Counted from the stretch's first letter, positions 9,373-20,101 are shown. The stretch: DNA of 64,000 nt from an uncultured Chloroflexia bacterium (GCA_963821235.1 CAWGCS010000001.1:1344884-1408883); one strand, 5' to 3'. Notes: generated by a model not told the origin, from the letters alone. Numbers and translations: made by a program.

Positions 9373-10041
9373 ATGACCGGATCGATCAGCCCGCGTCAGT
9401 TCGAGGACGCCGACGGTGTCGAGGACTGGCGGATCGTCGGGGACGGCGCCTGCACGTTCTTCCGCACGGGCTCGTTCGCCGCGGGTGCGCGGCTCGTCCA
9501 AGCCATCGCCGAGCTGCCCGACCTCGGTGCTCACCATCCGGACGCCGATCTCCGCCACGACGGCGTGACGGTGCGCCTGGTCACGGTGACGGACGAGTAC
9601 TACGGCATGAGCCTCCGAGACGTGGAGCTGGCTCGGCGGATCTCGGCAGTCGCCCGGGAGCTGGGCATCGCGGCCGATCCGTCGGCCGTCCAGTCGGTGC
9701 TGATCATCCCGGGCGCGCCGGACACCGCCGCGGTGATGCCGTTCTGGCAGGCCGTCCTCGGCTACGAGCCGCGCGCGGACTCGCCCGACGAGGACCTCGT
9801 CGACCCGCGCGGTCGCGGCCCGTCGTTCTGGTTCGAACCGATGCGCGAGGCGCGTGCCGATGGCGGTGGCGCGATCCACGTGGCCGTCTGGGTGCCGCAT
9901 GAGCAGGCCGAGGCCCGCATTGCGGCGGCGCTCGCAGCGGGCGGACATCTGGTGCGCGATGCGTTCGCTCCGGCATGGTGGACGCTGGCCGACGCGGCAG
10001 GCAACGAAGCCGACATCTCCACGATCCGAAGTCGCGACTGA
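9373..10041 (+). CDS. Pterin-4a-carbinolamine dehydratase-like domain fused to a glyoxalase/VOC-like domain
   Basis: Start MTGSISPRQFED follows a GGGGGAA Shine-Dalgarno. The N-terminal half resembles PCD/DCoH; the C-terminal half resembles VOC proteins (VLIIPGAPD..IHVAVWVP). Confidence 0.55.
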   Translation: MTGSISPRQFEDADGVEDWRIVGDGACTFFRTGSFAAGARLVQAIAELPDLGAHHPDADLRHDGVTVRLVTVTDEYYGMSLRDVELARRISAVARELGIAADPSAVQSVLIIPGAPDTAAVMPFWQAVLGYEPRADSPDEDLVDPRGRGPSFWFEPMREARADGGGAIHVAVWVPHEQAEARIAAALAAGGHLVRDAFAPAWWTLADAAGNEADISTIRSRD

Positions 10042-10215
10042 CGGCGCCGGGGCGTCCGTCGGCGCCCGGAAGGGCGACTCGGGGGTCGCATTGGTGAAGA
10101 CCTCGGAGGGCAGCCGATCCAGGTCGTCCAGCCCGTCACCTGGCTGCTCGCCACCGAGTGCCGCGACGGGCACGATCGACGCGGAGCCGCGACGATCGAG
10201 CGCCGGCCTTCTTGG

Positions 10216-10896
10216 TCAGTCGTCCCGGGCGGAGAGGTCCTTGTCCTCCATCTCCCACGCATGGTCGAGCGTGTGGAAGGCCGAGTGTCGGATGAGGAAC
10301 GGCAGCGTCCACGACCGCATGCGCCGTGTGACCTCGCCGGCGTTGTACGCGCGCATCGCCGCGACGTATGCCTCCCGATGCTGGCGCAGTCCGTCCGGCG
10401 TGAGCGCCGCGCGCTCCTGGATCCGCAACCCCACCTGCTTCGCGAAGTCCTCGCTCTCGGTGCGGATGGCGTGGCGGATGATCTGGTCGCGGTCCCGTCC
10501 TCCCCCGCGCGGCCCCTTGCGCATCTCCGGCGAGACCCTCGCCGCAACTCGGTCGAAGAGCGCCCAACAGGCCCGCAACAGCGTGATCCCGCGCGCGAGC
10601 TCCGCCTCGCTCATCGGTCCATGCTCGGTCGCGGAAGGCGAGAAGGAGATGCCCCAGAAGTCGGTCGAGCCTGTTCCGACCCTGTCCTCCACGATCTCAA
10701 GGGGACCGGCGGCGTCGAAATCGCGCGACATGCCGGCGAGGCTCGCAACGGGCCGGTACCGCTCCCGATAGGACTCGAGTGTCTCCAGGGCGAGCTCGGC
10801 GGTCTTCGCACCGCGGCTCCACCCCGGCCAGTCGATGCTGAACGCCACCGACCGCTTGTCCTTGGGCCCGCGTTCGACGACGGTGCGGACAGGCAT
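10216..10896 (-). CDS. Hypothetical protein, DinB/YfiT-like
   Basis: 226-aa ORF with coding-like composition and conserved-looking His/Asp positions. Family assignment is tentative. Confidence 0.45.
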   Translation of the reverse strand: MPVRTVVERGPKDKRSVAFSIDWPGWSRGAKTAELALETLESYRERYRPVASLAGMSRDFDAAGPLEIVEDRVGTGSTDFWGISFSPSATEHGPMSEAELARGITLLRACWALFDRVAARVSPEMRKGPRGGGRDRDQIIRHAIRTESEDFAKQVGLRIQERAALTPDGLRQHREAYVAAMRAYNAGEVTRRMRSWTLPFLIRHSAFHTLDHAWEMEDKDLSARDD

Positions 10897-10940
10897 GTCT
10901 CATTGTGGGGCGGACGCGCAAGTCACCGCGCGCTGCGGGG

Positions 10941-11030
10941 CGAGCGGCCCCGGCCTCCTCTCTCCGTCCGACTTCCCCTCAACCTGAGTTGTAGCACGCG
11001 CGCGGAGCGACCGGTCCGCCGCTACCGTCC
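10941..11030. repeat. Copy A of a ~90-nt intergenic repeat element (second copy at 21529..21620)
   Basis: By-eye alignment shows shared blocks CGAGCGGCC, TCCTCTCTCCG and GCACGCGCGCG(G)AGCGA ... CTACCG in the same orientation. It lies 5' of the minus-strand gene 10216..10896. Confidence 0.5.
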
Positions 11031-14000
11031 TCAGGCCCCGGTTGGCAGCGTACCGCCGGGCGGCGCGTCCGCAAGCACGAGCCCGGCGCGTGTCGCCACG
11101 GCGGCTGCGGCGCCTCGGCTGTTCACGCCGAGCTTGTCGAGAATGTGGGTGACGTGCACCGAGGCCGTCTTGGGACTGATGAAGAGCTCGTTCGCGATCT
11201 CCCCGTTGCTGCGCCCGTCGACGAGCAGGGCGAGCACCTCGCGCTCGCGGGGACTGAGCCCGTACGGGTCGGTCGAGGTTGCGGCCGGCTCCGGCTCACC
11301 GCCGGGGGGTCCTGGTGCGGCCAGCTCGATCCGCGCTCGGCGGGCCAGGGCTTCGATGTCCCTCCGCAGGGGAGCCGCGCCGAGCGCCCGCGCCTCCTCG
11401 TAGGCGCCGCGGAGGGCGCGCTCCGCCCCGGTCCGGTCAGTGCGATCGGCGAACCGGGCCTCCGCCTCGCGGAATCGCGCGTATGCGGCGAGGTACGGCT
11501 GGTACACGGCAGCCAGCGCCGTCGCGGCCACCGCCCACTGGTCGGTGGGGAGCGTCCCCGCGAGTCGCTCAGCCTCGGCAAACCCCCATGCCGCCACTGC
11601 GCGCAACGGATCGTTCACACCGGCACCGGCGACGAGCCGCCCCTCAAGGGCTGCGTGGAGAAGCCGGCGATCAGACGCCGCCTCCGCCAGCACGATCTCC
11701 TGGGCGCCGACTTCGCGACGTGCCCGCACCCGTTCGAGCTGGTCAGCCGCCGCACGGAGGCGTAGGGCCGCCAGGGAGGCGCGTCCGACGATCTCCTCCG
11801 TCCGCTCGGATTCCGCCGCCTCCTCCCGCAGGATCGACAGCGCGGTCTCCGGCTGGTGTCGGGCGAGGGCGGCCTCGGCCAGGCCGAGGCATACCTCGAT
11901 CCTCAGCAGGGCGTCGGTGGGGCCCTCCCGGGCTGCCCGGAGGTCGGCCTCGCCCGCCTCGAGCTGCCCGCGCCGGACCCGCAGCGTCCCATGCAGGAGA
12001 TCGAGGATGCAGCGGGCCCTCGGATGTCCTGACTCAGCCGCCAGCGCTTCGGTGGCGATCTCGATCGCCTCGCCCCAGCGCCCGAGGTGCCCCAGGATGA
12101 GGGCCGTGATGGCACCGTGGAAGACCTCGTTCCACTCGCGCACGCCCTCTCGCTCGGCGACCGCCTGCAAGGCCTGGAGGGCCGGTCCGGCGACCTCCGG
12201 GCGCCACAGCCAGCGGATCAACATCTGGGCCCGCTCGGCGTAGGTGAAGAACGCCGCGTCGCTGGCTCCGGAGCGGTCGGCGGCCCGGGTCGCGCGATCG
12301 GACTCGGCGATTGCCTCGTCGTCGCGGCATAGGCCGGCATGAGCCCAGGCGAGGCTGCTGCGGGAGAATGCCTCGATGTCGCTGGCGCCGACCGCGGAGG
12401 CGATCTCAATGGCTTCGCGCGCCGCCACACTCGCCTCCGTGTAGCGGCCCCGCCACCAACGGGCGTCGGAGAGCATCCAGACGGCCTCGGCCCGCTCGGC
12501 CGTGGGGGGATCGCGGGGCAGGAGCGCGACGGCCGCCTCCGCGGGAAGGATCATCTCGGCAATCTCGCCGGCGAACTCATGGGCACCAGCCAGCCGCGCC
12601 AGGAGATACCCCGTACGAAGCGGATCGGCGAGCGGGTCGACGAGATCCACCGCCTGCCGCTGCAGCCGGACCGCCCGCGCCCGGTCACCGGCCAGGATGG
12701 CCACGCGCGCCGCCCGGTCGAGAAGGTGGACAAGGTCCGAGCCGGCCCGCTGGCGGGCGTCGGGCACCTTGTCCCAGAGCTCGATTGCCCGCTCATACGC
12801 TCGCAGCGCCTCCGGATGGGCGCGCGCCTGGACCGCGGCCTCGGCGGCCCGAACGGTCGCCTCGAAGGCAGCTGGCAGCTCGTGGGCTCCATACCAGTGG
12901 TGGGCCAGCTCGGCCGCGGCGCCTGCTGCCGTGGGGCTTGCCAGATCGGGACGCGTGGTGAGGAGTCGCGCGAGACGACCATGCAGGCGAACCCGGGCGC
13001 CGGGCAACAGATCCACCTCGAGCGCCTCCGCGAGGAGCGCGTGACGGAAGTCGACACGCCGGTCGGCTGTGTGGAGCACCAGGATTGACCAATCGAGACA
13101 CTCCCGCAAAGCCGTGTCGAAGTCCCGGGGCGCTCCGTCCCAGGCACGCTCCAAGAGCTCTGCGTCCACCGGCCGGCCCGCAACCGAGGCGATCCGGGCG
13201 ATCTCGCCGGCGGCGTCGGACAGCCGCCCGATCCGGGCCAGCAGGACCTCGCGCAGCGTCGCGGGCAGCGGTGCGCCGCGACCGACCCCGAGCGCCAGAA
13301 GCTCCTCGGCCAGGAACGGGTTCCCCTCCGATCGCTCGACGATCGCCGAGACCTGCGAGGGCTGTAGCTCCGGGCCACGGATCTCGCGGACCAGGGCGCC
13401 CACATCGGAATCGAGCAAGGGCGGCAGGTCCAGCCGGGTGGTCCGTCCGCTTCGCGTGAGCTCCGCCAGGACCGGCGTCAGGGGATGGCTGCGAGGCAGC
13501 TCGTCGTTGCGGAAGGTCGCGACGAGGAGCGTCCTGCCCTGGCGCAGCCGCCGCACGAGGTAGTCGAGGAGCTCGAGGGTGGAGCGGTCCGCCCAGTGAA
13601 GATCCTCGAGAACCAGGACGAGTGGAGCAGGCCCACGATCGAGGAGACCTCGGACCGCCTCGTAGAGCCGCCCCAGCCCCAGTTCGCCGGAGGCGCGGTC
13701 CGAACCGGACGTCTCGAGGTCGCGCGTGTGCGCGGCGAAGGGATTCAGGCGGGAGCCGGAAGAGACAGAGTCGGGAGCGCCCGCCAGCTCGCCGAGCCGG
13801 TCGAGGGCTTCGACGAAGGGGGCGAAGGGAAGGATGTCCGCCCCGAGCTCGAGACAGCCGCCAACCGCGACGGTCGCCCCTTCGGACTCGGCCCAACGCG
13901 CGAACTCCGTGACGAGTCGGGTCTTCCCGACGCCAGCTTCCCCGCCGACAAGGCAGCACGGTCGAGTGGCGCGGTCGCCCAGCGCAACCTGGAGCCGCGC

Positions 14001-14051
14001 GAACTCGTGCGCGCGACCAAGGAACGCAGGATTGGCCTCCCCCGTCGGCAT
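11031..14051 (-). CDS. LuxR-family regulator with N-terminal AAA/STAND ATPase (LAL/MalT-like)
   Basis: 1006 aa. Walker A GEAGVGKTRLV. TPR-like helical middle. C-terminal LuxR HTH REVLALLVDGRSNGEIANELFISPKTASVHVTHILDKLGV. Confidence 0.85.
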   Translation of the reverse strand: MPTGEANPAFLGRAHEFARLQVALGDRATRPCCLVGGEAGVGKTRLVTEFARWAESEGATVAVGGCLELGADILPFAPFVEALDRLGELAGAPDSVSSGSRLNPFAAHTRDLETSGSDRASGELGLGRLYEAVRGLLDRGPAPLVLVLEDLHWADRSTLELLDYLVRRLRQGRTLLVATFRNDELPRSHPLTPVLAELTRSGRTTRLDLPPLLDSDVGALVREIRGPELQPSQVSAIVERSEGNPFLAEELLALGVGRGAPLPATLREVLLARIGRLSDAAGEIARIASVAGRPVDAELLERAWDGAPRDFDTALRECLDWSILVLHTADRRVDFRHALLAEALEVDLLPGARVRLHGRLARLLTTRPDLASPTAAGAAAELAHHWYGAHELPAAFEATVRAAEAAVQARAHPEALRAYERAIELWDKVPDARQRAGSDLVHLLDRAARVAILAGDRARAVRLQRQAVDLVDPLADPLRTGYLLARLAGAHEFAGEIAEMILPAEAAVALLPRDPPTAERAEAVWMLSDARWWRGRYTEASVAAREAIEIASAVGASDIEAFSRSSLAWAHAGLCRDDEAIAESDRATRAADRSGASDAAFFTYAERAQMLIRWLWRPEVAGPALQALQAVAEREGVREWNEVFHGAITALILGHLGRWGEAIEIATEALAAESGHPRARCILDLLHGTLRVRRGQLEAGEADLRAAREGPTDALLRIEVCLGLAEAALARHQPETALSILREEAAESERTEEIVGRASLAALRLRAAADQLERVRARREVGAQEIVLAEAASDRRLLHAALEGRLVAGAGVNDPLRAVAAWGFAEAERLAGTLPTDQWAVAATALAAVYQPYLAAYARFREAEARFADRTDRTGAERALRGAYEEARALGAAPLRRDIEALARRARIELAAPGPPGGEPEPAATSTDPYGLSPREREVLALLVDGRSNGEIANELFISPKTASVHVTHILDKLGVNSRGAAAAVATRAGLVLADAPPGGTLPTGA

Positions 14052-14276
14052 GGGTCGCAGGGTAGCCGCCCACCGGGCGTTCGGGAAGGCCCGTCGGACG
14101 AGCCGGCGAGTGCGAGCGCCGACGCCCGCGACCGCGACGTCGAGCTCGGACGTTCACGGAATGAGGTAGCGGGCTCGCCAGGCTAGGGCTTTCGCCCGAT
14201 GGCGGACGCCTCCACCGAGCCTAGCGTCGACCCACAAGGGCCCGCGGCAAGTGCCAGCGCGGCAAGGAGGTTCGCG

Positions 14277-14792
14277 ATGGATTCCATTCGACCCGGCACG
14301 ACCGCAAGCTCGCGAAGCGTCCGGAGGCGGTCGCTCGCGCTGATCGCCGCCGTCATGCTCCTGACCCTCTCGCTTGGCGCGGGAACGGCCATGGCCGATG
14401 GCCGCCGGGATGACCGCGAGGCCGCCAGCACGTTCACCAAGTGGGTCACTGCGTATCCCGCGATGGCCGGGGTCGTCGGCGGTGACGTCGGCCCGGGTAC
14501 CTATGCCGGAGAGATCCTCAAGTACACGCCCGGGACCACGACGGTCATCGAGGCCCTCTACCACTTCGACGGCTCACGACATGTCTTCACCGCCCTTGTC
14601 CACGTGGAGCAGACCGGCCTTCGGGCGGTGATCACGGGGGTCGTCACCGACGGCTGGCTCAAGGGCCATCCGGTGCAGGGGGGCTACCGGCAGATCACGT
14701 GTTCGCAAGCGCCGGACGGCACCTGCTACCAGGGCACGCTCGACATCCTGCGAGGGGCTGAGGCGGCCCCCCGGATGCCGAGATGGGCCTGA
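14277..14792 (+). CDS. Secreted hypothetical protein
   Basis: Start MDSIRPGTT. Signal peptide with RRSLALIAAVMLLTLSLGAGTAMA. No recognisable domain. Confidence 0.5.
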   Translation: MDSIRPGTTASSRSVRRRSLALIAAVMLLTLSLGAGTAMADGRRDDREAASTFTKWVTAYPAMAGVVGGDVGPGTYAGEILKYTPGTTTVIEALYHFDGSRHVFTALVHVEQTGLRAVITGVVTDGWLKGHPVQGGYRQITCSQAPDGTCYQGTLDILRGAEAAPRMPRWA

Positions 14793-14829
14793 GGCCCTGG
14801 CGGCCGCCGGTGCACCAGGAGGTCGGGAC

Positions 14830-15066
14830 ATGCGTTCGAAGCTGACGATGGGGATGATCGCTATCGCACTCGTGGCGGGATGTGCCCCTGGAGCCGCCGC
14901 GGTCCCATCGGTCTCCGACACCGTGCCACGAGCGGGCGGGATCGTAACGCCGGCGTCGGCCGCACCCGCTGGCCGCTCGGGCAGGGACCCGCTCCTGCTT
15001 CGCGTTGGCGGCTGCGTCCTGGCCGTCGTCGAAGGGCGGAAGAAGGCACCAGCACTATGCCCGTAG
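14830..15066 (+). CDS. Small putative lipoprotein
   Basis: MRSKLTMGMIAIALVAGCAPG signal and lipobox; 78 aa. Confidence 0.4.
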   Translation: MRSKLTMGMIAIALVAGCAPGAAAVPSVSDTVPRAGGIVTPASAAPAGRSGRDPLLLRVGGCVLAVVEGRKKAPALCP

Positions 15067-15156
15067 TGCTGCCAAGAACCCGCGACGCGGAGGCCCCGAC
15101 CACGTGGTAGATCACGCGGGAGCCTCAACAGGCCAGTCGCGGTTGGAGGTTGGCGC

Positions 15157-16038
15157 ATGGCTGGGGTGACCAGTGTTCCTCGGCTGGACCGCGTCATCAC
15201 CCTCGGCGACGGCAGGTCGCTCGCGTACGCCGAGTGGGGCGACCCTGGCGGAAGGCCGGTCGTGCTCTTTCACGGGCGGCCGGGCTCTCGACTCCTATGC
15301 CCGGACGAAGACGCGACCGATTCGCTCGGCGTCCGACTGATCACGATCGATCGACCCGGATACGGCCGCTCGGACCCCACGGAATACCTTTCGCTCCGGT
15401 CGTGGACGGACGACTACACGGAGTTCCATGCCTTGCTCGGCCTGCCCTCGTGCCCGATCGTCGGCTGGTCTGGCGGTGGACCATACGCACTCGCGTGCGC
15501 CGCCCTCGCGCCACCGCTCGTCACGTCGGTCGGCCTCGCCGCAAGCGTCGGGCCCTTCGACGACGTGCCCGGCGCCCGGGATCAGGAACCCCCGGAGATC
15601 AGCCAGCTCCTGGACCTGCTGCTCAAGGGCGATCGAGCCCGAGCGATCGCCGGGATCAGGAAGCGGCTGCAATGGTTCGCCGACGACCCACTGTCGCTCT
15701 TCGACGGGTTCGCGGAGCCGGGAAGCCCGGACGACGCGCTCTTGGCGCGGCCCGGGGTCCGCGAGCGGCTGAACGAGTTCGTCCGAGAGGCCGCCCGCCA
15801 GGGCCTGGTCGGGCTCGTTGCCGATTGGATCGTGGCTGAACTGCCGTGGCGGTTCGCGGTTGCGGACATCACGCACGATGTCGCCGTGTGGCTGGGAGCT
15901 CACGACGATCCGGGCCTTGTCCGGGATTCGGAATACCTGGCCGCTACGATCCCGCGCGCGAGCTTCGTGATCTACCCGGAGGCGGGCCACCTGCTGGCCA
16001 TCCCGCATTGGCGGGAGATGCTCCTCTGGCTGCACTGA
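15157..16038 (+). CDS. Alpha/beta-fold hydrolase
   Basis: VVLFHGRPGSRL and the GWSGGG nucleophile elbow. Confidence 0.8.
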   Translation: MAGVTSVPRLDRVITLGDGRSLAYAEWGDPGGRPVVLFHGRPGSRLLCPDEDATDSLGVRLITIDRPGYGRSDPTEYLSLRSWTDDYTEFHALLGLPSCPIVGWSGGGPYALACAALAPPLVTSVGLAASVGPFDDVPGARDQEPPEISQLLDLLLKGDRARAIAGIRKRLQWFADDPLSLFDGFAEPGSPDDALLARPGVRERLNEFVREAARQGLVGLVADWIVAELPWRFAVADITHDVAVWLGAHDDPGLVRDSEYLAATIPRASFVIYPEAGHLLAIPHWREMLLWLH

Positions 16039-16442
16039 TCCCAGACGAGCCCGCGCGACATTCTGCGGATCCGGGTCATCTGGGCGACGGCCGCCTCAAC
16101 TGACCCGCCGGGGACGGCGGCTCAATGGACCGTGACAGTCTCCTTCATCGAGGGGTGGATCGAGCAGTGATAGGCGAACGTACCGGCCGTCGCGAATGTG
16201 TGGCTGAACGTCGCGCCAGACCCGAGCGTGTCGCTCGTGAGCGAGCCGTCGCACCCGGGGGCAGGCCAAGCGGCGCCGAGACCCCGACCGACGCCAGGCG
16301 GCAAGCCCGGCCCGCGGTCGCTCTCACGCTCTCGAGCCCGTCGGTCCCTCGTCGTACACTCCCCGACCATGGCACTGGGCGTCGACGTGGGAGGGAGGCC
16401 GACGCCTTCGCGTGCGCGAGCGGCCCGCGCCGAGCCGTCACG

Positions 16443-19196
16443 ATGATCGACGTCGTCGGGCGCGGGCCCGAGATCGCCCGGGTGGTCCGCTGGTTCCGGG
16501 ACGACGGCCCCGCGATGCTCCTTCTGAACGGATCGCCGGGCCTCGGCAAGACGACGATCTGGCGGGCGGCGATCGAGGACCTCCGCAGGAGCGGGGTCCA
16601 TGTCCTCTCGAGCGCGCCGGCGGAGGCAGAGTCGCGGCTCTCGTTCTCCGGCCTGGCCGACCTGTTCGGCGCCGACTTCGCCGACATTCGGCCGGCCCTG
16701 CCGCCCCCGCAGGCGCGGGCCCTCGCGGTTGCCCTGCGCCTGGAGGACCCGGGCGACCGGCCCGTCGACGAGACGGCGGTTGCGCGGGGCGCACTGGAGG
16801 GCCTCCAGGTCGTGGCACGGCGCCATGGCACCGTTCTCCTGGCAATCGATGACCTGCACTGGCTCGATGCGCCGAGCCTGGCCACGGTCGTCTACGTCGC
16901 CCGGCGGCTCGGTCCTCGCGATGGCGTCCGGATCCTGGCGACCCACCGCACGGGCGCGCCCGAGCCGAACGGCCTGGAACGGGCGCCGGCGATCGAGCGG
17001 ATGGCGCTCGGACCGGTGAGCGTCGGCGGGATCCACAGGATCGTCCGCCTGCATGCGGGCATCTCGCTCCCCCGGCCGCGACTCCTCGAGATCCACGCGA
17101 TGGCACACGGCAACCCGCTCCATGCCATCGAGCTCGCCCGGACGATGGGATCCGCGATCGCGCCCGACCCCGAGTCGCTGGCCGGCCTGTTCGCGTCTCG
17201 GATCGGCGCGTTGCCGCGGCACACCCGCGAGGCGCTGGTCCTGATCGCGGCATCCGCCGATCGCTCGACGGACCGTCTCGGTGCGGCCTGGGGCCGGCGA
17301 CCCGACGCGGGGCGGGGCAACGAGTTCACCGATGCGGTCGAACCGGCGGTGACGGCCGACCTCGTGTCGATCGGCGGCGGGCAGGCCGGGCCCGTTCACC
17401 CGCTCGTCACGCACGTCGCGTACGAGGTTGCCGATCCCGGCCTCCGCCGGACCGCCCACCGCGTGCTCGCTGACACCGCCACCGATGACGAGGAGCGAGC
17501 CCTGCACCTCGGACGCTCGGTGGACGGTCCGAGCACCGAGGTCGCGGATGAGATCGAGTCAGCTGCCCGGAGCGTGCGCGCCCGCGGTGTCCGGGCCCTG
17601 AGCGCCGCCCTGTTCGAGACCGCCGCCACGCTCACGCCGTCATCGGCGATCGAGCATGTCGGGCGGCGTCGGCTCGCTGCCGCGTCGGCGTGGTTCGATG
17701 CGGGTGACACCCATCGCGTCGAGCGGATCCTCGAGCCTCTCGTCGACGCCTGGCCGGTCGGCGCGCAGCGGGCGGAGGCCCGCTGGCGGCTGGGGATCGC
17801 GCTCGACGAGGCGGGCCGGTGGCGGGAGGCGACGACCCTCTGGCGAGCGGCCCTGGAGGACGCCGACGATCCTGCGCTGCGATCGCAGGTCCGCTGCAGC
17901 CTCGCGATCACGGCCGTCTACACGCAAGCGGTGCCCGCGGCGGTCGACTGGGCGACGTCCGCCGTCGACGACGCCGAGCAATCCGGCGATCCTGCCGCCC
18001 TCGCCCGATCGCTGGCCGTCCATGCGTTCATCCTCGCCATGGGTGGTCGATCCGGAGGTACGGCGATCATGGATCGGGCGCTCGAGCTCGAGGCCACGAT
18101 CGACGAGCATCTCGGCGAGTGGTCGCCGGCTGCGCTGGCCGCCGAGTGTGCCCGTCACGCCGGGGATGTCCCGGCCGCGCTGCGGCACTACGGGACGGTC
18201 CTCGACCGGGCGACGTCCCGCGGCGATGCGAACGTGGAGCAGTGGGCCGCGTTCGGCCTGGCGTCGGCGTCGATCCTCGTGGGCGACATCCGGCGCGCGT
18301 CGGAGCTCGCCGACCTCGTCCTCGACATCGCCGAGCAGACCGACGTCATGCGGATCCCCGCCCGCTCGCTGCGGGCTCACGTCGACGCGTATCGGGGCGA
18401 GATCGAGGCCGCCCGGACGGTGCTCGCGGAGGCGATGTCGATGGCCCGGGCCGGCGACGAGGCGGCGCACCTCTTCGGCTGCTGCGTCGTCCTCGGGACC
18501 ATCGAGACGTGCGCCGGCGACCTGCCGGCGGCGACGCTGGCCTTCCGTGAGGCGCGGTCCCTCGCGACCCGCCTGGGCATGGGGCACGCGACCGCGCTCC
18601 GGGCCGACCTCCTGGAGGCGGAGGCCGCTTCCGCGGTGGGCGAGCTGGCGCACGCTGACGAGGCCCTCGCGACCTTCCACGGACTGGTCGGCGAGACGCC
18701 GCCCCGCTGGTCGATCCCGATCCTTCGGCGCGCGATCGCGGCCCGGCTCGCGACGCGGGGCGATCCCGCGGCGGCCATCGCCGAGCTCGAGGCGGCCATC
18801 GCCGACGACGTCGCGCTGCCGCCGGACGTCGGGCGCGCACGCCTCGCCCTCGCGGCCGCGCTCCGTCGCGAGCGGCGGTACCGCCAGGCGCGGGACACCG
18901 CCGAGCTGGCGAGGACGCAGTTCGCCGACCTTGCGATGCCGCCGTTCGTCGCTGCGGCCGAGCGAGAGCTGGCGCGGATCCCGGGCCGACGCGCCGGGGC
19001 CGTGGGTGAGCTGACGACCGCCGAGGCCCGGATCGCGGGGCTCGTCGCCGCTGGTCGGACCAACAGGGACGTGGCCACGGAGCTCGTCCTGAGCGTGAAG
19101 ACGGTCGAGGTGACGCTCACGCGGGTGTACGAGAAGCTCGGCCTCCGGTCGCGGACCGAGCTCGCTGCCCACTTCCGGGATCATCCTCCCGGCTGA
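16443..19196 (+). CDS. LuxR-family regulator with N-terminal AAA/STAND ATPase (second LAL-type)
   Basis: Start MIDVVGRGPEI at aa 107 of ORF 16125..19196. Walker A GSPGLGKTTIW. C-terminal LuxR HTH TTAEARIAGLVAAGRTNRDVATELVLSVKTVEVTLTRVYEKLGL. Confidence 0.8.
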   Translation: MIDVVGRGPEIARVVRWFRDDGPAMLLLNGSPGLGKTTIWRAAIEDLRRSGVHVLSSAPAEAESRLSFSGLADLFGADFADIRPALPPPQARALAVALRLEDPGDRPVDETAVARGALEGLQVVARRHGTVLLAIDDLHWLDAPSLATVVYVARRLGPRDGVRILATHRTGAPEPNGLERAPAIERMALGPVSVGGIHRIVRLHAGISLPRPRLLEIHAMAHGNPLHAIELARTMGSAIAPDPESLAGLFASRIGALPRHTREALVLIAASADRSTDRLGAAWGRRPDAGRGNEFTDAVEPAVTADLVSIGGGQAGPVHPLVTHVAYEVADPGLRRTAHRVLADTATDDEERALHLGRSVDGPSTEVADEIESAARSVRARGVRALSAALFETAATLTPSSAIEHVGRRRLAAASAWFDAGDTHRVERILEPLVDAWPVGAQRAEARWRLGIALDEAGRWREATTLWRAALEDADDPALRSQVRCSLAITAVYTQAVPAAVDWATSAVDDAEQSGDPAALARSLAVHAFILAMGGRSGGTAIMDRALELEATIDEHLGEWSPAALAAECARHAGDVPAALRHYGTVLDRATSRGDANVEQWAAFGLASASILVGDIRRASELADLVLDIAEQTDVMRIPARSLRAHVDAYRGEIEAARTVLAEAMSMARAGDEAAHLFGCCVVLGTIETCAGDLPAATLAFREARSLATRLGMGHATALRADLLEAEAASAVGELAHADEALATFHGLVGETPPRWSIPILRRAIAARLATRGDPAAAIAELEAAIADDVALPPDVGRARLALAAALRRERRYRQARDTAELARTQFADLAMPPFVAAAERELARIPGRRAGAVGELTTAEARIAGLVAAGRTNRDVATELVLSVKTVEVTLTRVYEKLGLRSRTELAAHFRDHPPG

Positions 19197-19286
19197 CGTC
19201 GGCCGGCACTGGGTCTTCCCGGGCGACCAAAAGTCCGGGGAAAGCTCTGTAGCGGCGCGGCGACCGGGCTCGGTACGGTCCCGGCC

Positions 19287-19592
19287 ATGACGAACTTCGT
19301 CCTCGAAACCTACGTCCCGGGCGGCAGCCAGGAGCGATTCAGCGGCGAGGTGGACGGCCTCCGTCGTGTCGCAGGATCGACCGATCCGGCCGGCGTCGTC
19401 CGCCACCTCGCGTCGTACCTGGTGCCGGGCGACGAGATGGGCTTCCATCTCGTCGAGGCCGCCACGGCGGGCGACGTCGAGCGGACGGCCAGCCTGGCCG
19501 GGATCGAGGCGGAGCGGATCGTCGAGGCCGTCGACGTCGAATCGGACCGCTGGGTCCACGTCGACGGCCCGCGCAAAGGAGGAGGGGGATGA
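19287..19592 (+). CDS. Small hypothetical protein (101 aa)
   Basis: ORF with coding-like composition; a 4-nt overlap couples it to the downstream lipoprotein. Confidence 0.45.
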   Translation: MTNFVLETYVPGGSQERFSGEVDGLRRVAGSTDPAGVVRHLASYLVPGDEMGFHLVEAATAGDVERTASLAGIEAERIVEAVDVESDRWVHVDGPRKGGGG

Positions 19593-20101
19593 TGTCGATC
19601 CGATCATCGGGCGCATTCGCGCTGCTGGTCGCGCTGCTGGTGGCCGGGTGTGGCAGCTCGGCCGCCACGAGCGCTCCCGCCGACGTCGGCACGGGCAGCG
19701 GGAGCGGAGCGACTCCGGCCGCATCGGCGGATGCGGGGAGCGGGACCGCGGACACGCCGGCTCCCGCTGCCCCGGTCGAGCCCGGCGGCGGCGCGGCGGA
19801 GGACGCGGCCAAGGTCGGCGAGCAGCTCGTGCCGCCGAACTCCACCGAGGCCATGAAGACGACCACGGACACCTACTGGTACGTCACGTACGAGTCCACC
19901 GACTCGCCCGACGCCCTGAAGGCCTACTACGAGAGCCAGATCCCGAAGACCGGCCTGAAGATCATCTCCACGACGTCGGTGAGCGGCAGCTACGTCTGGG
20001 TGATCGCGCGCGACGAATTCGGGCGCCTTCGGCGGCTCGGTCACGGCGGCGCCGTCGGGGAACGGGTCGGGCAGCTCGGTGATCGTCGCGGTCGGCAGCA
20101 G
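19589..20101 (+). CDS. Putative lipoprotein; true 3' end uncertain because the frame stays open to 20668
   Basis: Lipobox LLVALLVAGCGSS. Globular segment YWYVTYESTDSPDALKAYYESQIPKTGLKIISTTSVSGSYVWVIARDEF. After about aa 170 the translation becomes low-complexity Arg/Gly-rich. Confidence 0.4.

Noticed and set aside
12793-14157. 454-aa minus-strand ORF and several other 100-280-aa ORFs inside 11031-14051
   Set aside because: Alternative frames of the LuxR-LAL gene; only one frame gives the Walker A and HTH motifs.
17640-19724. 694-aa minus-strand ORF
   Set aside because: Antisense to the second LuxR-LAL gene; Arg/Pro-rich.
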